DNA from: Octopus vulgaris
Lineage: Eukaryota
Direction: 5' to 3'
DNA: 64,000 nucleotides
NCBI GenBank assembly: GCA_951406725.2
Contig: OX597814.1
Coordinates: 109,740,001 to 109,804,000 of the forward strand
The notes beneath the pieces are model-generated. The model was not told where the DNA came from. It searched no databases and saw nothing but the letters and a program-made list of their open reading frames with translations. The translations under genes and the position numbers were made by a program. Positions 39,601 through 52,863 of the stretch are shown piece by piece; within the stretch, counting starts at the first letter, position 1, and every line of letters begins with the position of its first letter.

Positions 39601-42600
39601 CCTTGATATGTATCTGATTGCTTTAAACATGTATGAAGTATTGATACATATCTAATGGATTTATTTTAAATATGTATAAATTCTGAAGGTGCATGACAAA
39701 ATCATGGTTGAGCAGTGTGTTGTGTTCATCATCATCATCATTGTTTAACATTCGCTTCCATGCTGGCATGGGTTGGACACTTAGACTGAAAACTGGCTGC
39801 ACTAGACTCCAATCTGATTTGGCGGGTTTCTACAGCTGGATGCCCTTCCTCATGCCAACCACTCTGAGAGTGTAGTGAGTGCTTTTTAATTGCCACCAGC
39901 ACAGGGGCCATTCTTGAGTGAAACATTTCATTTCATGTTGCCCCAGTCCACTCAGCTGTAAATAGGTCACCCTGTGTTGGACTGGCATTCTCTTCAACGA
40001 GAATGTTGGCCTAACACCCCCAGGTCAGTGGGGCAGAATCATTTGAAAGCCTTTTAGCTCTCAAGTGCCATGTGAGCACATTTGACCGACATTGTATTAC
40101 AAAGCCAGGTTGCCTGGTTGATACAGTAACATCTAAATTATTGATACAATCTTTTGATTTATTTTAAATGCATATAACCGATTGATACATATCTGATAGA
40201 TTTATTTTATGTGTGTAGATTATTACTACATATCATCATCATCATCATCATTTAATGTCTGTTTCCGTGCTGGCATGGGTCGGATAGTTTGACCGGAGTT
40301 GGTCAGCTGGAGAGCTGCCCAGGCTCCAACTGTCAATTTTGGCATGGTTTCTACGGCTGGATGCTCCAGCTAATGCCATCCACTTTACAGAGTTTAATAA
40401 GTGCACAGGCTATTTAAACATGGCATCAGGATGAGTGCTTTTTATCTTGCACCAGCACAGGTGCTTTTAATAAATCAAGAATTTATGCTGTACGGTATTT
40501 GATATTCTTGTAATTGTCTATGTTACTCAAATATACTGCACTGGCCACTTTGAGTTATTTCAGGAGTGGTGGTGGCAGCAATAGTGATTGTTTATATTAC
40601 CTTTTTAAATGTCAGACTAGAAGGGAAAAAAATCTCACAGGTAAATGTAAATGTGGAGTCTCTTGTCCACCAGTTTCAGCACAGCCCCTGTCTTCCCTTC
40701 TTTGTTACATGATGACATTATGAAAAATTGTGATTATAAGAAATCATAAACAATACCTTTTAAAAATTATTTCAGTTTATAGTCAAAGAATCAGACAAGA
40801 TTTATTTAGTCTCTCAATTCAGCCACTCACTTTTCATAAAACGTACTGAATGGTAGCTCTCCACTCTCACTCTTCTCTTTGAGTGCCACTTGAAGTAGTT
40901 GAAGATTTAGCCAGAGAAAACAAAGAAACCTGTCTTTTATCTTTTACTTGTTTTAATGATTTGACTGTGGTCATGCTGGGGCTCCACCCTGAAGAATTTT
41001 AGTGGAATGAATTGACTCCAGGACTAAGTCTGGTACCTATTCTACTGGTCTCTTTTGCCAAACCGCTAAGTTATGGGGATGTAAACATACCAGCATCAGT
41101 TGTTAAGTGGTGGAGGTGGAGGGGACAAACACAGACACAAAGACACATACAAACACACCCATGCAAACACACACACACACATACAACAGGCTTATTTTAG
41201 TTTCTGTTTACCAAATCCACTCACAGAGCTTTGGTTGTTTTGAGCCTATAACAGAAGACACTTGCTCAAGGCGCTACACAGTGGGACTGAACCCTGAACT
41301 ATGTGGTTGGGAAGCATACTTCTTACCACACAGTCACTATATGTGCCCATATCCTCAAACATTTTAATTGTGATCACAAACATTAAATGAAGCAATCCAA
41401 AATAAAACCAAAGCTGTAAAAAAATACAAAAAAATGCCTTTGGTAGCTGGCAAACCATTGGTAAAAGACTTTCCCTATCTGAAGCAGGCTTGGTCTAAAC
41501 AACAGTAGCAACATCATAAGTATGGCAATTCAGTGAGGGAGCCTCTACATGGTCTCTAAACCTTGAAATGGCAGCCAACTTTCCCTCAAATCACACTATA
41601 TCACCTATAAAGAATTCTCCAGAATTGGCATGCTATTAAAGAAAAGGCAATCTGATTGTCCAGGGACAAGCAGAAGACATGTGTTTCTATCTCAACAACT
41701 GTCATCAGTACAGCCATTGCTTGGTTTATATCCAACTGATGACAGAGAGAGAGAAAGAGTAAAGCTAAAAGAATTTATTCAATGTTATCGTTGACTGAAT
41801 TAGCAATTGTTTTATTTACAATTGTGACTGCATTTTAACCCTTATTTCCTGTTCATACATTTTACTGTTATACATAAGCATTCAATCTTACAGAACCTAT
41901 CAGAGAGGGTGGAGTTGAACCCATAGACACAGCACACAAAAGTAAGGTTAATTTTATGAAGCAATACATTTCCTGTCAACCTGTAATCACCTTTCTGATA
42001 TCAAACCTTTCATATGTGTTTGTGTGCATATAAATATATATATGTATATATATATAATATATATATATATATTTATGTATATCTGTAAATGTATGTTTGT
42101 ATAGCAACTAGAAATCATAAAACAGAAGAAGCTGAAAGTAACAAAGAAAGGAGAAAACTGGTTTGGTCGATGGCAGCATGTTCAACAAGATGTTTATCTA
42201 ATTGCCGTGTGTTTTGCCTTTGTATATTAAAATTGATTGAAGCAGCAGTCTGCAGACTCACCTGATATAAGACGTGGGGCTGGAGAGGATGATGGCAGCA
42301 ACAAGGACTACAATACTGGTCACCTGGCAAAGAAATAAATAAAAAAACGTGAACAATTAACAGACAGCTTTATAACAACTTACTAATTAGAATGACGAGT
42401 GATGCGTGCAAAGCTGAGTAAATAAAATACAACAGGAAATAGATTAGAGATATAAATCATAAGAGGAATTTCCTTAAAGCTTCTATTGTTTCTTTCTACC
42501 TATTGCTTACTCTAGTATCTAGAGAGGGTCATTAGGCCAATAATAAACACACACACTGGTTCATTATCACTTCTTTATTAAAGTCAGCTGGTTAGTTATT

Positions 42601-43229
42601 TAACCGGCTAATTGCCTGTTTGTTTAACCCTTTAGCATTCAGATTATTCTGTCAATTATAATGCTTATTTATTCACATTGTTTTGAATTAGAAGACCCCC
42701 TTTGGTCATGGATGACCATAGGATTGCACTTAGAAAGTTACCCTCCAAGGCACAAGTCTGGGCAAAGTTGTTTATGGAAGACCAGCAGTGACCCATTCGT
42801 ACCAGCGTCCCCTCTCTATATCACCCATATGGCTTGTAAAAGGCACCCACTACACTCTCGGAGTGGTTAGCAGGAAGAGCATCCAGCTGTAGAAACCTTG
42901 TCAGATCAGACTGGAGCCTGGTTCAGCCTCCTGGCTTGCGAGTCCTCAGTCAAACCATCCAACCCATGCCAGCATGGAAAGCAGATTTTAAACAATGATG
43001 ATGATATGTTTACATTATGTTTACATGTTAGCACGCCAGGTGAAATGCTTAGCGGTATTTCATTTGTCTTTATGCTCTGAGTTCAAATTCTGCCAAGCTC
43101 GACTTTGCCTTCTTCCTTTTGGGGTTGATAAATCAAGTACCAGTTGCGTACTGTGGTCGATCTAATCAACCGGTCCCCCCACCCTGCAAAATTTCAGGCC
43201 TAATGCCTAGAGTAGAGAAAAATGTTTAC

Positions 43230-43279
<50 letters not shown>

Positions 43280-44518
43280 ACCACGTGTATACCGTTGGCG
43301 ATTTTTTTTCCTCTGTCTTCCCTTCTCTGGATCTTTCCTTCTCCTATGTTTCCGACGAAGAGCTCCGCTCGAAATGTTAAACCCTCCTTCTTTCCTGAGC
43401 GTCCAATAATACTATATTTGTTCCACTTCCTTGTGTTGTTGTGTTTTTTTGTGCTTTCTTGTTTGGATTAACTATGTATGTGTGTGTGTATATATATATA
43501 TACACTCACAAGCAAACTAGCTAGTCAAGAAAATATCTATAAGAGATGAAAGCAGTATTCCTACTGAACATGGCTGTTCCCTAGGAATCGATGATACTGC
43601 CATTTTAACCCCAGGAGGATACTTGCTCCAGCTGGTTATATAGTGCACTCTGCATTCAATATATATTGCAAGTGGAGAGAGAACTCCCTGCTATTTTAGC
43701 CTGGAAACCATCAGACTGTATGGTTTCAACAGTCTCCCCATTTGCAATATGTATCAAATGCAGAGTGCACTGCATAACTAGTTGGAGGAGGTGTCCTCCT
43801 GGGGTTAAAACAGTAGTATTGTTGGCTCCCAGGGAGCACCCGTGTTTAGATGGCATTAAACACTACACACACACTAGGGTCTGGCAAGCCAGGGGGTTGC
43901 ACCTGGCTCCAATCTGATCTGGCAGTGTTTCTACAGCTGGATGTCCTTCCATAATGCCAACCACTCCAAGAATGTAGTAGGTTTTTTTATGTACCACCAG
44001 CACAGGAGCCAAATGGGGTGGGGTGGGGCTGATATCGACCATGTTTGGATGGTGCTTTTTACGTGTCACTGGCACGGGAGCCAGTCAGATGGCGCTGGTA
44101 TCAGCCACATATGGATAGTGCTTTTTATGTGCCACCGGCACAGGAGCCAGTTGGGGCAAGGAGGCTGGCTTCGACCTCATTCAGATGGTGCTTTATATAT
44201 ATATATATAACTGAGACTCCTTTCGGTCATGACTGACCATGGGATTGCACCTAGAAAGTTACCCTCCCAGGCACAAGTCTGGGCAAGGTTGTTTTTTTTA
44301 TGGAAGACCAGCAGTCGCCCATGTATACTGGCCTCCCCTCTCCATGCCACCAGTGTTATCCAAGGGAAAGGCAAAAGGGGCCAATACAGCTTCGTACCTG
44401 TGATGTTGCTACTCATTTCTACAGCTGAGTGAACTGGAGCAACATGCAGCCCGGTCTGGATTCAAGCTCAAAACCTCACAATCGTAAGCTTGACACTGTA
44501 ACCACTGAGCCATGTGCC

Positions 44519-44582
<64 letters not shown>

Positions 44583-44649
44583 CACACACACATACACACA
44601 CACATGTACATATGTATGTATGTATGTGTATAAATATATCACATACCAT
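18415..44649 (-). CDS. Spliced gene for a secreted four-EF-hand calcium-binding protein (~157 aa): MVTSIVVLVAAIILSSPTSYIRCHPSDRWKNKDEARKLFILADNNTDQQLTYTELESAFMSFDSDKDQAISTEEFLTKFNKDKYGSVKDALILFYNIDINSDRSITLDPDLKASEKFFDKDGDGYVNQDEFFDQYMKLSLEYDDTLVTNSTTIIIEE*
   Basis: Four exons have GT-AG boundaries whose phases match, and two splice junctions rebuild EF-hand loops (DSD|KDQAISTEE and DKD|GDGYVNQDE). The N-terminus is hydrophobic and an AATAAA lies ~65 bp after the stop. The 5' boundary (ATG exon) is tentative. Confidence 0.85.
18924..19138. repeat. Tandem duplication of a ~107-bp unit
   Basis: attgttttggcttctgt...ggcctttctagccaggttatatct.tagga occurs twice in tandem. Confidence 0.85.
19655..19930 (+). 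mobile_element. Probable 5' end of a non-autonomous Helitron
   Basis: Starts a|tctaatattataaaag and is followed by (ctgt)n, the same layout as the 5' end at 62570. Confidence 0.4.
21015..21148. mobile_element. Possible Mutator-like terminal repeat remnant
   Basis: ggaaaaaagtcaca followed by three gtgactttt.. subrepeats ending in ggattc. The partner end was not found. Confidence 0.35.
22515..23740. mobile_element. Non-autonomous hAT element inserted in a SINE
   Basis: Ends are cagggccgga.../...tccaatgctg with a perfect 8-bp TSD cttgaagt (22507-22514 and 23741-23748). An LSLLSI..INFEDLI remnant resembles the hAT dimerisation region. Confidence 0.85.
22925..23336. mobile_element. MITE with 28-bp perfect TIRs (possibly Merlin-type) nested in the hAT element
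   Basis: TIRs ggatcttttcggtttgaacggcagtttt / aaaactgccgttcaaaccgaaaagatcc, with an 8-bp TSD gcgatttt / gagatttt. Confidence 0.85.
24217..25770 (+). mobile_element. 5'-truncated RTE-clade LINE: open RT C-terminal frame (24217-24960), 3' UTR and (GAT)n tail
   Basis: Contains LEVVDSFRYLG, YDACVRTAMLHGSETW, RMRWYGHVMRM and GRGRPRITW, preceded in frame by a PHD-like CTKCKLWTHKRC..FVCGRC. It ends in (atg)n at 25741-25770. Confidence 0.92.
25008..25592 (+). repeat. Minisatellite of ~10 units of ~61 bp in the LINE 3' UTR
   Basis: Unit ggcccccgtgccggtgacacgtaaaagcaccatccgttcgtggccgtttgccagccctgtct, repeated head to tail. Confidence 0.95.
26300..26860 (+). mobile_element. Third SINE type, two tandem copies (related copies at ~5020-5280 and 53055-53300)
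   Basis: A tRNA-like head tggcttagtggttag..ggttttgattcc is followed by ttgagcaaaacacttcatttc..gctccagtccactcagctg and gatggactggcgtcccgtc. Confidence 0.7.
28940..29300 (+). mobile_element. Second tRNA-derived SINE family (representative copy). Others at ~8240-8360, 9405-9560, 19984-20150, 28085-28490(-), 30335-30780, 31735-32115(-), 39195-39590 and 40935-41335(-)
   Basis: Recurrent sequence ggagtggctgtgtggtaag (A box)..gggttcagtccc (B box)..ggcaccttgggcaagtgtc..gaaactgaaagaagcccg, with an internal (TA/TG)n tract. Confidence 0.85.
30910..31077 (-). CDS. EF-hand gene exon (end of EF2, EF3 loop DINSDRSITLDPD, start of EF4)
   Basis: Acceptor ttctcctttcacag and donor G|gtttgt. The exon is 168 nt, phase 1 to 1. 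Confidence 0.9.
33025..33410. mobile_element. hAT-type MITE carrying a SINE insertion
   Basis: 8-bp TSD cagccaga (33017-33024 and 33411-33418) and imperfect TIRs cactagcgtag / ctatgcaagtg. The internal SINE is flanked by its own TSD gctatgcaag. Confidence 0.75.
33589..33719 (-). CDS. EF-hand gene exon (EF1 loop DNNTDQQLTYTE and start of EF2)
   Basis: Acceptor ctgtttctcag and donor gtaagt. The exon is 131 nt, phase 2 to 1. Confidence 0.9.
33941..34326. repeat. Foldback/MITE with ~70-bp imperfect inverted arms
   Basis: ggtgaatttatggaa..aaaatggaggaaac pairs with gtttcttccatttt..ttccataaattcacc. Confidence 0.7.
36546..37128. repeat. Compound (ACT/ACC)n trinucleotide repeat, intronic
   Basis: ~580 bp of actact/accacc. 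Confidence 0.97.
42262..42323 (-). CDS. EF-hand gene exon, signal peptide (VTSIVVLVAAIILSSPTSYI-R)
   Basis: Acceptor ttttatttatttctttgccag and donor AG|gtgagt. The exon is 62 nt, phase 0 to 2, and joins exon 33719 in frame. Confidence 0.8.
43277..43450 (+). mobile_element. Probable Penelope-type pLTR fragment with a degenerate hammerhead (43348-43382)
   Basis: Reads gttt-CCGACGA-a-gagc-tcc-gctc-GAAA-tgtt-aaac and sits next to a (TA)n tract. Confidence 0.45.
43560..43855. repeat. Foldback element with ~115-bp imperfect arms
   Basis: ttttaaccccaggagga..agtgcactctgcatt..ttgcaa pairs with ttgcaa..aatgcagagtgcact..tcctcctggggttaaaa. Confidence 0.8.
44647..44649 (-). CDS. Candidate first coding exon (ATG only) of the EF-hand gene
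   Basis: The minus strand reads GGTGCATG|gtatgt, a strong phase-0 donor matching the phase-0 acceptor at 42323. A weaker alternative is AAAATG|gtagtc near 46116. Confidence 0.45.
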
Positions 44650-45409
44650 GCACCCTGAGATATTTTCTATCAGTGCTATTATCTCTTTCTCTCTCTCTTT
44701 GATCCTTTCTCTCTCACCTTATTTGCTACCAGTTATGCTATTTAAAACACTTGATGCAGCTAACTATCAAAGAAAAATCTCAAAGGAGTAATAGAATCTT
44801 AATTATGATAGAGGCAGCTGTGGTAGTAGTGGTGCCAGCAGTAATGAGAGTTGTGGGAGTAACAGTAGTGGTGGTGGTGGTGGTGGTTGTCGTTGTAGTA
44901 GTAGTAATTTTCGTTAGTAACATTCCATCAATAGTCATTCATATTATCAGTGTGTACAGCCTCCCCATCATGAAAACCTTTTATGTTTTGATATTCAGAT
45001 TTATTCCTTTTACATATTGCCTTGTATAAGTGTTCTGGCCGTTAATACATTGTGGTGTACAGGTTGATGGTATCATGGTGGCAGTTTCAGACAGCTGCCT
45101 GTGGATGTTTGTCATATCTCTGGTGTTAATTTCATTGAAATTTGTCTCTTAGTCAGAGAAGGCAAACAAAAACCTTGCGGCAATTGTTAACTACTTAAAA
45201 AGGGGAAAATAACTTCAAGAAATTAAGAATTAATTTCACAGAAAAATTTACTTTGATTTCTATGGTGGTGGTGGTGGTGGTGGTGGTAGGAATAGACAGT
45301 AGGTATTGTTGGTTTTAGGCCCTCAATGGAAAAAAGCCTGCGCTCTTAACTACTACACCATATGCCCATGGGCATATGGCGTAGTGATAATAATAGTAAT
45401 AATAACATT

Positions 45410-45530
45410 GAAAAATACATTAGGAATGAGAACCCCAAGACACCTGATGAAGGCTGGAGGGTATATCAGCCGAAATGTGTTAACAAACAAGATGAGAACA
45501 AATATCCGTTGAATGTAAATAATGTAAATA
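45410..45530 (+). mobile_element. Penelope-type pLTR fragment with a degenerate hammerhead (45440-45480)
   Basis: Reads acac-CTGATGA-a-ggctg-(loop)-cagcc-GAAA-t-gtgt, with the stem III/cleavage segment shortened. A second copy lies at 51292-51436 on the minus strand. Confidence 0.55.
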
Positions 45531-46128
45531 AATATATATATTACTTATTACATAGACACAGACACTCATATGTTCCAGTTTTCATACTGTCTGATGATCA
45601 TAAACATGAAATTTGAATAAGTTGATGTAAAATGGTAGCTGTCATAACCATAAATAACTCTTGTCACTTGGCATGGAGTTCTGTTTTGAACTTCTCACTT
45701 ATTTCTAGGTACACTACACACATTCACACACACACACATTTGTGTGTGTGTATATATACATATGCAAGCACATATACACATGCACAATAGGCTTCTGTAC
45801 AGTTTCTGCCAGTCAAATTTTTGTCGCAATGCATTTAACCCAAGGCTATGTTAGAAGACAGTTGCACAAAGTTCCAATGTGTGAATCGAACCTGGAACCC
45901 CCGTGACTACAAAGGCAGCTTCTTAACCACACAGCTGTGTCTACCTCCAAAGGCTAAGCTCTACCTAACAACATTACCCCCACCCACCCACAAACAACTT
46001 CACACTCTGACATGACTTCTTTTGTTTTGCCCCAGGATTAACAAACACAAAATGCTGAAACAAAGAAAGAAAACAAGTATGTCTCTCTTCTAAGTTATCA
46101 TCTCATAATGACTACCATTTTGGTGCCT

Positions 46129-46142
46129 GTTGCCATGGTAAC
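46129..46142. promoter_or_regulatory. RFX X-box motif
   Basis: GTTGCCATGGTAAC in unique sequence ~1.5 kb upstream of the candidate ATG. Confidence 0.5.
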
Positions 46143-46516
46143 AGTTGGTCTTTTAACTAAAAGGCTAATTAAGCTAATTAAGAACATAGGAAATACAAAC
46201 ACATTCTGCTTGTTTTGTTTCTCCTGTGACTGCTTATTAGTTAATTAGTTAGGAAGAAAACAAAACTTTCATAATTTAATTAACGGATTCTCTCTCACAC
46301 TTTATTGTTTTCTTTATAATACTAATAGTAATCTCTTGTTATGATGGGCAGAAGACCTGGAATCTTTCAGGGTGGGGGAACGGTGTAAGTGAATTACATT
46401 GATCCCCAGTATTTCACTGGTACTCATTGTATTGACCTCGAAACGATGAAAGGTGAAGTTAACTTCGGAGTTTGAACTCGGAATGTAAAGACAGATGAGA
46501 TGCCATTAAGCATTTT

Positions 46517-46549
<33 letters not shown>

Positions 46550-46551
46550 GG

Positions 46552-46639
<88 letters not shown>

Positions 46640-46641
46640 GG

Positions 46642-46686
<45 letters not shown>

Positions 46687-47094
46687 TGGTATGATAAAAA
46701 ATATTCAGACAAATACATAACAAAAACACCAGGGCTTACAAATATATACAGCATACAGAAAATTGCACTACTTGGTACTGCACACATCCTATGCAAAACT
46801 CTTTTAATACAGTAACTATAAGAGTATCACAACAAAGCACAGCACATACCCAAGGCACACGGAGCTGCGCTTGGTAGTGAAGTGAAAGTACGCTATAAAA
46901 GTAAAACTATTGAATAATAATAATAGCACCCATTACACTCTCGGAGTGGTTGGTGTTAGGAAGAGCATCCAGCTGTAGAAACCTTGCCCTTGCCAGATTA
47001 GATTGGAACCTGGTGCAGCCCCTCAGCTTACCGGCCCTGGTCAAACTGTCCAACCCACACCAGTATGGACAATGGACAATGATGATGAGTCCTC

Positions 47095-47197
47095 TCAAGA
47101 TTCCACTGGAGTCCACTCAAGATTCCACTGGGGTCCACTCAAAATTCCACTGGAGTCCACTCAAGATTCTACTGGAGTCCACTCAAGATTCCACTGG
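47095..47197. repeat. 22-bp minisatellite, ~4.5 units
   Basis: tcaagattccactggagtccac repeated in tandem. Confidence 0.9.
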
Positions 47198-47388
47198 TGC
47201 ATCTAGCTGTAGAAAGCAAACAAAAAACAGATGATGTAACATGGTGTGGTCCCTGGCCTTGCCAGTTCCCATCAAGCTGACCAACCCATACCAGCAGGGA
47301 AAACAGACACTAAATGAAAACGACGACAACGATGATGAGCTTCTGCAGTGTGGGACGATGTTCTGTTCTCACCAAAATGATTTACACA

Positions 47389-47528
47389 TAACGTCATGCT
47401 ATGGTTCCTGACGTAAACATTGCACTATAAAACCAAGAACTCATTGAGAAAGAAAGCATGAAATACGAGCAGGAATTTCATGAGTGTAATGACGTCAGAG
47501 TTCCCCATAATATTTCCTTATGACGTCA
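47389..47528. promoter_or_regulatory. CRE/ATF site cluster
   Basis: TGACGTCA at 47490 and 47521, TGACGTAA at 47409 and TAACGTCA at 47389. Confidence 0.5.
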
Positions 47529-47669
47529 GAACAGACACAAACTTTATTTAAAACATATAACAGCTTCTGTCGTTATACCCAAAGTATTTAATACTGACCC
47601 AAACGAACTTCTATTATACACCTCCTGACTATAGAGAGTGTATATTCCTTTTGGTTTAACTTTCAGTTA

Positions 47670-50700
<3,031 letters not shown>

Positions 50701-51291
50701 GTGCACTGATATGGATAAAAGATAATAGCTTCAGAAATTCCTTAAATGACTTTCTATCTTACTAATTATGTTTGGACGAGATCCAGGTGGAAATAATGGC
50801 CATTATAAAATAGCCATGGGTATATAATAGAGCTTCTTAATATAGATATTGCCCTAAATTAATATTGTAGCAGTGCAGTTAGGGTTTACCATATTCTCTT
50901 TGTGTGCTTTGACTGTTGGAACTGGCTGGATATTGGATTATATTTAAACTTTGTCTAGAAGGTTTTATCAATACATTTCTATTATTTAAGAGATGAGGAA
51001 TTCATCATCATCATCATTGTTTAACGTCCGCTTTTCATGCTAGCATGGGTTGGACGGTTCGACCGGGGTCTGGGAAGCCAGGAGGCTGCACCAGGTTCCA
51101 GTCTGATCTGGCAGAGTTTCTACAGCTGGATGCCCTTTCTAATGCCAACCACTCTGAGAGTGTAGTGGGTGCTTTTACGTGGTGCCACTGGCACGAGGCC
51201 CAGTCAGGTGTTACTGGCAATGGCCATGCTCAAATGGTGTTTTTTACGTGCCACCTGCACAAGTGCCAGTCCAGCAGCACTGGCAACGATG

Positions 51292-51436
51292 TACATTATT
51301 TACATTATTTACATTTGGCGGATATCTGTCTTCATCTTGTTTGTTGTTAACAATGTTTCGGCTGTTATACCCTCCAGCCTTCATCTGGTGTCTTTGGGAA
51401 ATTTTGAACCTGGGTTCTCATTCCTAAGGTATTTTC
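51292..51436 (-). mobile_element. Second copy of the hammerhead-bearing pLTR-like repeat (core mutated to CAGATGA)
   Basis: Its reverse complement aligns by eye with 45410-45530, including stem II ggctg/cagcc and GAAA. Confidence 0.55.
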
Positions 51437-51445
51437 CAATGTTGC

Positions 51446-51501
<56 letters not shown>

Positions 51502-51765
51502 TCACTGGTTAAGAGCGCGGGCTACTAACCCCAAGATTCTGAGTTCAATTCCTGGCAGTGACCTGAATAATAATAACAACAACAACAACATCGGAAAAAT
51601 ACCTTTTTTTACCTTTTTTAAAATTAAATGAAATTTAATAGTATCTTAGAATGTCGAATGGAATAAAAAAAATTATTTTTAAGCATTTGTGTACATTTAA
51701 ATTAATTAAATATTATTTTACAGAATAATAGAATTAAAATTTCTTTGATTAAAACCCTTTCTAAC

Positions 51766-52863
51766 ATGGAAGTATCCAAAGAGCAATTGAAGCACATAAT
51801 GCTTTATGAGTACAAAAAATGAAACTCTGCAGCCAAAGTGACTCGAAACACACACTCAGTTTATGGGAAAGAATACTTGAATGAAAGAACTTGCAGAAGA
51901 TGGTTTGCAAAATTCAGAAGTGGAGATTTCAGCCTTGAAAATGAATATCGAACAGGACATCCAGTTGAGTTTGATGATAAGCTCCTTGAGGTATTGAAGA
52001 AAATCCTGCATTATCAGTTGAAGAATTGGCAATAAAGCTTCGTTCAAACCATAAAACTGTTCATCTTCAACAACTTGGAAAGGTTCCTAAACTTGGAAAA
52101 TGGGTGCCTCATGAATTGTCTGAAAGCAACTGCAAATCCCGAGTTGACATCTGCTTTTCTCTCCATTCTCGTGAACTCATTTCATCTTTTTTGGATAGAC
52201 TTGTGACTAGTGACAAAAAATGAATCTTCTATCAAAATGTTAAACGTTGTAAACAGCGGCTTGGTAAAAGGGAAAAAGCTCAACCACAACTGGAAAGGGA
52301 ACTTCGTGGGGAAAAAGGTTCTTCTCTCTATCTGGTGGGATTGCAAAGGAGTAATTCACTTTGAATTTTTACCACCTAATGCAACAATCAATGCTCAAGT
52401 CTACTGTCAGCAATTAGAGCATTTGAACCAAGCTTTGAAGAAAAAAAGAGACCCGCTTTAGTGAATCGAAAAGGAGTGATGTTTTATCAGGACAATGCAC
52501 GACCCCACACTGCAAAGATCACATCACAGAAGATCGAAGAGCTTGGTTGGGAAAAAATTCTTCATCCACCTTATTCTTCTGACGTTGCTCCTTCAGGCTA
52601 CCATTTGTTTCGTAGTTTACAGAATCATTTGGCGGACATAACTTTCGCAAGCCAGGAGGAGGTCGAAACTGACATTTCAGAGTTCTTCACTTTGAAACCA
52701 AAAGAGTTTTACATTGATGGGATTAAAAAGCTTGTAAATAGATGGAAGGAAGTCATAGATAATCACGGAAAGTACATTGATGATTAAATTTCAATTAAAT
52801 ATAACATTTGATCACTTGTTTTCTTTATTCAAAATTCCGACAGAACTTATGGGATGACCTGAT
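51766..52863 (+). pseudogene. mariner (DD34D) transposase pseudogene with right TIR
   Basis: Contains RRWFAKFRSGDFSLE, WVPHEL, LVTSDKK*, SIWWDCKG, YQDNARPH and HPPYSSDVAPSGYHLF, with several stops and frameshifts. A TIR-like end gaacttatgggatgacctgata is followed by TA. The left TIR was not found. Confidence 0.93.

Noticed and set aside
42384-42413. Alternative upstream exon for the EF-hand gene (donor gtaagt at 42383)
   Set aside because: It has an in-frame TAA and no ATG, so it cannot supply the start codon.
45590-45610. CTGATGA...GAAA hammerhead-like string (similar strings at ~59750-59950)
   Set aside because: Stems I to III cannot be formed convincingly.
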